From Mytilus californianus (Eukaryota): DNA of 64,000 nucleotides. Each line of letters starts with the position of its first letter. Within the stretch, counting starts at the first letter, position 1. This document shows positions 49,101-60,100 of this stretch, piece after piece. The notes beneath the pieces are model-generated. The model was not told the origin of the DNA, did not search any database, and saw nothing but the letters and a program-made list of their open reading frames with translations. The stretch lies in assembly GCF_021869535.1 (NCBI RefSeq), contig NW_026262581.1, positions 12,586,001 to 12,650,000 of the forward strand, read 5' to 3'. The translations under genes were made by a program, and so were the position numbers.

Positions 49101-52100
49101 GGACTTTTTTTCAGGCAGGCAGTTTATGTGTAGATTTTAACTCCACATCATCTTACCTATTAGTGGGTGGAACAGACAACTGTATCAATGTATGGGATCT
49201 GAAGTCACGCAAAATTAAAAAACAGTATAAGGTAAGACAAGAGTATGGGATTTGAAGTCCCCATAGGTAAAAAAACCAATATAAGGTATGAGTTATGAGT
49301 TCTCTTATTATGAATTATGAGACCTTAAGCCTCAAAAATTTAAACTGTATGATGTATGAATAATGAAATCTCAAGTAATAAAGAAAATAATATGGAAATC
49401 AAAATTGGAAGTACTCTCTCAAAATTTCTCTTTGAAATTTTAAATTTTTGTCAAAGGTTTAAATAATAACCTTTAATGAGTACCATAATCAGCCTTGTAA
49501 AGTCTGCACTTGTACATTGTCCGCACGCCCTTTTTGCCAGGAGAATTCAAGAAAAAAAAACTGTAACTGCTTGAAAACTAACAATGCTCCGGTAATTTCA
49601 TATCGTGTGTGATCTTTTGTGGTATTTTCATGGAAAAACCAGAAGTTCGTATAGCATGTGTAAATCCAAAATAATTACTGTGAGAGTGTGCAGAAAATCC
49701 ATACTTCATAGTCACAACTATGCAGGGTTTAAGCTAGGATTTTGAGGGCTTTAGTCACTTTTGTGCGGGATGAAAATCAACCTTATTTTGGGTAGCAGCA
49801 AGGGATCAAGGATGTATATTACTATCTATATATCTTTGTCAGACTTTGAAGGATATGGCATACTAGGCAGTTACTGCATGATTTGACTGATGTGGCACTT
49901 TAATACGAAGATTAAGATATAAGATCTAGAAATCTAGTTCACAATTTCACTTCAGTTAGTTTCGAGGTACATTCCTAATCAGCAAAAGTTGGGAACCATT
50001 TTTTTTTAAACCAGGAATCACAGCATAAATGAACTTGTAAGGACTATTTCACTGCATTATTCATACTCATTATCCTTAAAAACGTTTTAAAGCTAATATA
50101 GAATTAATTCTATAAAGTTGGAACCAAGGATTTGAACAAATCCTTATTGGAACAATTCTAATGACTTTAAATTGTAAATTTATCATGAATAGATCACGTT
50201 TACTTTCGATTTCCAAATGAAATGAAAACAGGAAGTGACAAGTGGATAATAAATTCAGAATGAATCCAGATCATCTACGGATTGGTTCGTGTTTAAAAAA
50301 AGGCAGGAAATTATCATTTTTTAAATTAAATTTGCTAAATAAGAACTATATTTGTCTCTCTCGTTTAGTTTGATACTTAATTATTTCGTATTTTACGTTT
50401 TAGTGTCTTTAAATTCATAAGAATACTTTCGCGCATGCGCAGTTCATCGTAAAGGAAGCACCTGTTTGACTCGTGAAAACATTTCTGAATGTTATGAATA
50501 AAGTTCTATCTTTTTATTAGAAATTGTCGAAAGTTTTTGATTAAAAGTTATATCAAATATGACGAAAATACGTTCAATTGACGAAACTCTGACAAGCGAA
50601 CTGCAAATTGTGATCATTTGAGAAATATTGAAATTAAAATGCGAACTGTCCGAGGGAAAACTCAAATGACGAAACTACGACAAACGAACTGCAAATTGTG
50701 CTCATTTGATAAATATTGAAATTGAAATGCCGACTGACTGATTTTACTAGGGAAAATAATTATGAGGTTGATAAATAATGAACGGATTAGTGACCCATCC
50801 GATGGCAATAAGCGGATTATCTGTAGTCACAACTTATAACACCTGTTGTAAATGTTAATTAGCTGAGGGTCATAAACTTGTCAGAAACAATAAGACGGGT
50901 AGAATTATAGTATTTTTATGCGAAAATATTTTTACTCTTTCCAAATTTAAGTGACGAAATTGTTTTGGAATACTTTTCGTCATTTTGAAAACGGTTTCGT
51001 AAATGACGAGCGCTAGCAAAATCACTGCTACTATGCTATGAAAAGAAACGAGTAATTTGTAATGAAGCATTTAATTTTGATATTTATCAATTAATATTGG
51101 ATTTTGAATTTAAATTGCTTATTGATTTGGATTAGGTAAATTATTAGTTTTGAAAATTATAAGGGCACCCTCTACATTTCAAAAACAAACATAGCGGAAT
51201 GTAAACACACCTCGCAAAATAGTTTTGTTTTTTTTTCTTAATTCTTGCTTATCGTACTCTATAATCCGCCCCCCCCTTCCCCCCCCCCCCCCCCCAGACA
51301 AGTGATGCCTGTCCAAATGTATCCCCCTCACCCCTCATAGAGTTTTCTGTGTTGTGAATTTTGGTAAGGATTAAATTACATCTGCAACATCTCAGACAAA
51401 ATGGAAAATCAGCTAAAATCCATTGTTTTTATGGGTGTTATGCCTTTATATTGATTGATTATTTGTAGCAATTATTGTGCCTTAGAAAAATAAGAGAAAT
51501 CGAAATTTTCAGTCTATTGATGGTAGACATGAGTCACAGATTAGCAGTCTTGTTTTGACAGGATTTTTGGTAAAGTTAATTTTTTTTAATGGACTAAACA
51601 AAAATTGACTTTACTTTTTGTTAATGCTTTTTGAAAATTTACAGGACCATAAAGGACCAGTGACTTGTGCCCAGTTCAACTGCAATGATACATACATTGC
51701 ATCTGGTTCTGAAACAGGGGAGATAATCTTGTTTAATGTGGTGACAGGTCAAGGTTGTAGTCCAATGGTTGCACCAAAGTGTCAGGTATTTATTGACATA
51801 TGTTTTAGTTATGTTGCATAATACTGCTTATGTTTAGAATATTGAACATAATGGGACTACTGATTAATTTATTTTCGTGGGATACCAATTTCCTGCATGC
51901 CAAATGACCTTAAACTTTTATTGCCTTGTCAAAAATGTATTAAAGAAATTATATTTTGTGACGTTCGAGTAGAGATTTATTAAGTCCAATTGTGATATAA
52001 TTCACAAATAGTTTTTATAACATTGGAAATTGCAAAAGTTATGTTGCACATTCCTGATTTACAGGAAGTTACCATTAAATCCTGATTGGGCTCTAAATGT

Positions 52101-55100
52101 GTGATTTTTATCTTCATGATGTTGATACAGGAAAAAAATATTATTTATGTTCCATATTTTTTGAATCGCAAAAACAGACATGTTTTTTTTTTGTCTAAAA
52201 ATTCTGGAAAAATGATAATTAGAAATGATTTGAAAGGACTTGTATACTTAGTACTGATCTGATGAGTAAATCCCTTTTCAACTGATGTTTTTACCAATTC
52301 GTCCGTCGGTCGTCAGCATGTCGGACAATAACTCAAAAACGCTTTAACCAATTTGCATGAAACTTTGGTAAATTGTTTATATCTATTGATGTGAGCTTCC
52401 TTTGATTTTGATAAATTTTAGATTTTCGGTTCCGAGTTATGGGGGTTTATTCATTAAAAAGGGTGATTTTCCAGTTTTCTGACAATAATTCAAAAACAGT
52501 CACCAATTTGCAAGAAACTTTGGTGAATTGTTTATATCTATTGACATGAGCTCCCTTTTAATTTTTATAAATTTTAGATTTTACACTTCCGAGTTATAGG
52601 GTTTTATGCATTAAAAAGGGGGGATTTTCCAGTTTTTCAGAGAATAACTCAAAAATGCTTTGAGCAGTTTTCTTGAAACTTTGGTGAACTTTCGATTTTT
52701 ATAAATTTTAGATTTTACGTTTCCGAGTAATGGGATTTTATTCATATAAAAGGGATGATTTTCCAGTTTTTGGATGCTATCTTTAAAGTGCTTTGAGGAG
52801 TTTTCATGAAACTTTGGTGACTGGTTAATATCTATTTAAATAACCTCTCTTTAGTTTTTTATAAATTTCTGATATGACATTGAGAAGTTATTGAACTTTA
52901 TTCTTTGAAAAAGCGACGGGCAATTATGTGCTAATGGCGCAGCTGTTAAGCAGGCAATGCTTATTTCTGAGGTTGAATTATTTTAAATATTCATGTGTTA
53001 ATGTACAAGATTAATCTGTCAAACTAACATGAATGTATTTTGTTTTTCAGACTGTTAGGCAGATACAGTACAGTAAATTTAGAAAGTCACTGCTGGGGTC
53101 TGTGTCTGATGATGGTGCTGTTAACCTTTGGGATATCAACACACGTAGACTGCTCCATAGCTTTACAAATTCTCACATTGCACCTGCCACTGGTTTGAAC
53201 TTTTCACCCATCAATGATATATTGCTGATGTCCGTAGGACTTGATAAAAGAATTGTATGCTATGATACCCAAGGAAAAAAGTAAGGATTTACGTCACCAT
53301 ATGTCTACAATCTCAGATATTGTACTGGTACAGAAAAGAATAATTCAATCTAGTGCAACAATATACTATATTCTACAGATTTTGGCCCCAGCATTTTTAT
53401 GCCTCCACCGTAAGCAATTGGGGCATTAAGTGTTACCCTTGACCATCCTTCTGTCTTTCCATCCGTCCCATTTGATGTTTCCGCACTCTAACTTAAGTTT
53501 TTCTCATCCAAATTTTATTTTACTTTAAAGTAGTTGAAAAAACTAGTACAGATAAAAAGTTGTTATCCTTGTATGACATAAATAGTTCTGTATTTAGAAA
53601 ATATATGAAGCTTATGGGGCTTCTATCTGTGATAAATTTAATTAGCAGGACTTGATTGAAGAGAGGTCTTGTGACCTTCCCATATATTGATAGGCACTTT
53701 TGTCATTGAACTCTAGATTAAAAATTAATTTCATATAAAGCTATTCAGTATACTGAGGAATGATTTAATTTGAAAATTACAATGATTAAGCTGTTTATAG
53801 TATGTCAAATAAAAGGCACTGATATAAGTTTTTCATTGGAATTTGGTTTCTTTTTTTGTCAGAATTTGTTCTCCATGTGTAATGTATTTATAAAAGATGT
53901 ATTTTGCTTGAATATTAAATTCCTAGTAATTGTTTACCTCTTTACCTTTTTACTCTAGGCCAGTTAAAACAATGACAGCAGAGAATCCTTTAACTTCTAT
54001 AGATGTAATGTCAGATGGAGCCACTGTGGCTGTTGGATCAACAAGGGGGATAATTTATATTTATGATCTGAGACATGGGAATGCACCAATGAAAATTATC
54101 AATGCGCACAAATCATCTGTACAGAATGTTAAATTTCAACATGGTCTAATTGTAAGTTATAAAAACAACAGGAAAATGTAGAATATCTTGTATGTCTGAA
54201 ACATGAACTTAATCATGCAACACAATCAATTAAAGCAGGCAGTGTTAGGAAAGAAGAACAGGATGTCAACATTGGTACAAACATGCAAATAAAAAATGTA
54301 TTATACAGTCTTTCTTAAAATATGTATTCAACATAACATTACAAATGTTTCAAGACAGAAACTTTATGACCTTTGACCGGAAAAAATCCTTAATTAAATG
54401 TTTAAAAATAGATTTTGACACTATAGCATATATAGAGAATTATAGAAACCATCAGCAAAAAATCAAATCTTTAGGTGACTCAAGGTCTGTTCTTGATTCC
54501 ATGTAAACGTCTGAGCACTCAACCTACCTGCAGCTGCCAAGATAAAGAATAGTGATAAAAGTACTAATACTGTTTTGCCCAATATTTCATGAACATGTCC
54601 TTTATTATCAAAACTGCAAAACAAAAATATACATCTTACAATATCAACAGTTTGTTTTTAGTTGGATTTAGTTTCATCTCTGTCAAAATTGCCTAAATCT
54701 TATTCAATGGCCTTTTTTTTCCAGCACGAACCTTCAGGTGCCAAGTCAGCATCATCTTCAGCAATATCTCCAAACAGAAGACAACTGCCATCAGCTCCTT
54801 CAGGGAAAACTGGACATAATAAAGGTAATACTTAGTCTCATAAACAACAGAACAACCTTCACTTCAGAGAATCGGGACAAACTAAGGTAATACCGAGCCG
54901 TAAAAAACAACAGAACAACCTTCACTTCAGGGAATCAGGACATACTAAGGTAAAACTGAGCCGCAAAAACAACAGAACAATCTTCACTTCAAGGAATCGG
55001 GACATACTAAGGTGTAACTGAGCTGCAAAAACAACAGAACAACCTTCACTTCAGGGAATCAGGACATACTAAGGTAAAATTGAGCTGCAAAAACAACAGA

Positions 55101-57137
55101 ACAAATTCATAGAAATTTGTTCATAAAAAAGGTAATATTGAGCCTAAAAAACAGCAGAATGACATTTGTTCCAGGGAATATTAAAGGAAATACTGAGCAT
55201 CAAAACCACAGAACCACCTTCAGTGTACAGTTAACTGTATGTACTTTGTATTATAGTGTAGCACAACCAGAATAGTATAATCTTGTTAGATGGAAGACTC
55301 CTATAGCAGCTCTTCTGATAAAAAAATTCAATGGTTACCCAGGATTCACTAATAATTGAAATATGAAGGTGGATCTCTTTGGTATCCTTCGCCTTCCAAA
55401 ATGCAATCATTGTACATTATATCTACCTATATATATATATATAAGAAGAAAAGATTTAGTTAGATGTGATTGAGTGAAGTAACATGTATATTGAAGGATC
55501 TGCTTCAGCTAAAAAACATAAATTGAATTAATTATTTATAAAAGTATTCCAATCTTACTTTTAGTTAAATGGTATAGTCTTAGATTCCACTAGTTTATAT
55601 TTATTGTTTGAATAAGCAGATATTTAATCTAAGGTCACTCTCAATGCTTTGATTTTATTGTGTTGCATACAATGAACTCAATTCTCCCACAAAGACTTTT
55701 AGTTGTTTGATCTATATCACAAATTTGTTATATCAAAAATATATATGTGATCTATGAAACAACATCTACCACCAAAGTATACATAAAGTTGTCATCTATA
55801 AACAAGAACACAAACATAATATACCAACAAGTATATATATGGTATGATCGTTGTTTGCTTACCCTTCAAAGGCAAATATTTTATGCATTTTCAAGACATG
55901 GTATATTACTAGAATATTTTAATATTTTGTGATAACAAAAAAATGACAACTGAGAAAATCAGTTCCCTTGAAAAAAAATTTGTTGACATTAATATTTTAT
56001 ATCCTCCCAAAACAAACATTTTTATGCAAATCTTTTAAAAATTTAGAATATATTTGGTTGTTTCAGATTTCTCAGAGCATAATAACATAAACAATCATTC
56101 TGATGGAGCAGCAGAAGAAGATGTTTTCTCTCCTGTTAGAAATGGTATGTACATCTATATGTATACACAAACAAACTGTTTCTTCTACTTCAAATCCATG
56201 AACATTGGAACTTGGCTCACTAGAGAACAAAAATTGATATTAAGCCAAAAAAATCCAATCTTCTGAAGAGACTTTAAGCTAATCAAGGTTAAAGCAGTTG
56301 CTACAAGTGTTTGTTAAAGAAGAATGCAAAGGAAATATCTTTTCACTTCAAGAATCTTTTCAAAAAGCTTTTACACAAAAACTTTATATACGAATGTTAG
56401 TTTGAATAAACCGATATGTAATACACATCACAGCAGTATATGCAAACAGACACAAAGTAAAATACTTTGCAAAATTAATTAGTCTAAGTTTAAAACTAAT
56501 TAAATAGTCATATCAATGTGAAATGTTATGGTGTATGTTTCTCTAAACTGCTTATTGCAATACATTATTCTTTATTGACTTATCAGAAATTTATAATATA
56601 CTGTGTTAAAGGGGCATTAGCTGTCAAGTTCATGTTCACCAATTTGACTCAAATTCTCATATTTGATTAATAACATACTAAAACTTAAATCCAAATTACA
56701 AAATTTGTTTAAAATAAACAATTAACAGTGCATGAAATTGATAATATTTCGTGTGTATTTTTGTCTAGATGTCATCTAATTAACCACCGAGAGTCATCTC
56801 TGAAGACTGCCGATGGTCATTGAACCAAATATAAATAAAATATGAATAGATAGTGACCACATGTAATCGGATTTTTCTAGGTCTGTTTGATTTCATATTG
56901 AAGGTTAAAAGTATGTTTATCATCGATTTTATCTGTATAAGAATGATTTTGTTGTGGATCGAATCAGTCAACCATCCTTGTTTCACTTTCAATGTTGACA
57001 TTCTTTTCCTTTAATAGCTGAATACATATGTAACCCTTCTCCAGCGAAGGGGTTAAATGAAGGTCACATGAATACGGATTCAATGAGGTTATATTATTCA
57101 CTTGCAAGTGATTAATTCATCAGCAATGTTTCTTAGG

Positions 57138-57175
<38 letters not shown>

Positions 57176-60100
57176 ATTTTTGACCCGTCAGTCCTGTTTC
57201 TTATCGCAACTCCTCTCAAACCACACAACAGAATTTCACGAAACCTTTTTAGATAATAAGGACATATTATGTAGTTGTGCATATCGACAGGAAATTATGA
57301 TTCAATTCTTTTTCTAGGAGTTACGCCCCTTTGAACTTATTTACTTTAATGTACTACTGCAACAGTGTCATCGCAACTCCTCTCAAACCACACAACAGAA
57401 TTTCATTAAACCTTTTCAGATAATAAGGACATACTACGTAGATGTGCATATCGACAGGAAATTACGATTCAATTTTTTTTCCAGGAGTTACGCCCCTTTG
57501 AACTTATTTGCCCAATATACTACTGCAACCTTTTGTCATCGCAACTCCTCTGAAACCACACAACAGAATTTCATAAAAACTTTTCAGATAATAAGGACAT
57601 ACTACGTAGATGTGCATATCGACAGAAAATTACAATTCAATTTTTTTTCCAGGAGTTACGCTCCTTTGAACTTATTTGCCCAATATACTACTGCAACCTT
57701 TTGTCATCGCAACTCCTCTCAAACCACACAACAGAATTTCATGAAACCTTTTCAGATAATAAGGACATACTACGTAGATGTGCATATCGACAGGAAATTA
57801 AGATTCAATTTTTTTCCAGGAGTTACACCCCTTTGAACTTATTTGCCCAATATACTACTGCAACCTTTTGTCATCGCAACTCCTCTCAAACCACACAACA
57901 GAATTTCATTAATCCTTTTCAGATAATAAGGACATACTACTTAGATGTGCATATCGACAGGAAATTACGATTCAATTTTTTTTCCAGGAATAACGCCCCT
58001 TTGAACTTATTTGCCCAATATACTACTGCAACCTTTTGTCATTTCAACTCCTCTGGAACCACACAACAGAATTTCATTAAACCTTTTCAGATAATCAGGA
58101 CATACTACGTAGATGTGCATATCCACAGGAAATTACGATTCAATTTTTTTTTCAGGAGTTACGCCCCTTTGAACTTATTTGCCCAATATACTACTGCAAC
58201 CTTTTGTCATCACAACTCCTCTCGAACCACACAACAGAATTTCATGAAACCTTTTCAGATAATAAGGACATACTACGTAGATGTGCATATCAACAGGAAA
58301 TTATGATTCAATTTTTTTTCCAGGAGTTACGCCCCTTTGAACTTATTTGCCCAATATACTACTGCAACCTTTTGTCATCGCAACTCCTCTCGAACCACAC
58401 AACAGAATTTCATGAAACCTTTTCAGATAATAAGGACATACTATGTAGATGTGCATATTGACAGGAAATTATGATTCAATTTTTGTTTCTTACACTTATT
58501 TTTTTTCTCCAATGACAATGTGGGGACGTGGGGTATGTGAGCGTGCTCACTAAGGTTCTTTCATTTTGACATAAATGAACCAAACTGGCAGCTAGAAGCT
58601 AATTGTTATTTCACTATTTCACTTTCATTAATGATTGAACAAAAAAAAATTATATTTTATTTTTTATTATATCTTGTAGCTATTGCCCCTTTAAGAGACT
58701 GTTAAGTCATTCTTATCAATAAATTAAGGAATTGATTAAGTCATATGTGTGCTTTTATTTCCAGTAAAAAAAAAACACGCCTTTTTTCCAACAAAACCTG
58801 AAATTTCTTGTGATGCTGTTTCTGTTATTCTTAGCAGATTTAAACATTTCATGACAGGTTGATTTATTTTTTTATAATCAATGTGTGGTAAGTTTGATCT
58901 CAGTTTTTCATTGGTCAAAATTCAAATATGACATTAAATTGTCTTAATTTCTTCTGATTTTGCTATTGTGATGTCATAAAAAAAGGCAAGCATGCTTGAT
59001 GATGTCAAATAGAAAGTCCAAAATCATTTTGCAGATCATTATAGAAGAAAGACAAAGTTTTCCAAAATATAGTCTATCACTCATTAGAGAAACAGATTCC
59101 ATTGCCAAACTTGTGCAATACAATATGTCTCCTCTCTCTTCAGTTTAATTTTAATATTTTAGAAATTATCTGTCTCAAAATAAGAAACATCGTATTACAC
59201 TTGATGCAGTGGCAGAATCTATATTTATATCACCGCTATAAAATTGAATTCAGAGATATGGTAAATAGTCTTCTAAGTTTACTTTGGAAAATGTAACTAT
59301 ATATAATGTATTAAGTCAGTGCATTCCTCAGGCTGTTTTTAAGTTGCCATTGCAATGTCTAGGCTTTGTCTAAGAAGTCAGTGTTTTTGTCAAGAGATCA
59401 GTGCATTTTTCAGGTTTTTTTCCCCTTATAATACACAAGATTCTACTTATGAAAGACCTTTGACAATGATGATTTAAAAATATCTGGTCAAGTAAATCAG
59501 TGTTTTATCATCCTTTTCTTCATCAGTTTTTTGAAAATGATTTATTATAGTAATACACAACAGATACACTCAGAAGTGATGAAATGTTTTAACACTTAAT
59601 TTTCTGTAATTCTTCATATTTCAGATAGTCGGTCATTAGTACAGATGCCAGCAGAAGATATCCCAAAATTTTCTTATTTTTTCCATTTTCAGATTTTTAG
59701 ATTTATAGTTTAGAACAGATACAGTTTGAAGTGACTTTATATTAAAAGTAGAATTTTCTACAATTTTTAATTTTTTTTATTTCAGAATTTGGAAATAATT
59801 CTGCAGATTTCAGAACAGATACCGTGAGAAGTGACTCAATGTTTAACACACATTCCTATCACAGTAATGACAGTTCAGGTATTTTATATTATGATATCTA
59901 ATTGGAAAAAGGTTGCACACAATGGATGTTGGAAGTCTTGTTACCACAGATTTTCTTGGGTTCTTTTGAGAATAAGCACCCTGAAAATTGGGTAGATATA
60001 GCGTTATAGCAGAAGTTAAGATTTGAAATATTTTCCAAAATGTAATTTAATATTGAATAAAACAGACTATACAATTTTATATTTCTGTTATTTATTACAC

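Noticed and set aside
50420-50445. NRF1-like palindrome GCGCATGCGC as an internal NEDD1 promoter
   Set aside because: Lies within repeat-like intronic sequence containing an 88-bp internal duplication; no exon or TSS evidence.
52255-52295. CTGATGAG followed by a possible stem as another hammerhead (also 44829 and 56263)
   Set aside because: No GAAA/stem III/NUH at the required spacing.
57444-58461. ORFs of 85-201 aa in the HINE array (and 38648-39206)
   Set aside because: Products of stop-poor 168-bp tandem units (168 is divisible by 3); not genes.
59625-59690. TTTCAG|ATAGTCGG... as an extra NEDD1 exon
   Set aside because: No donor before an in-frame stop; exons 8 and 9 already join in phase.
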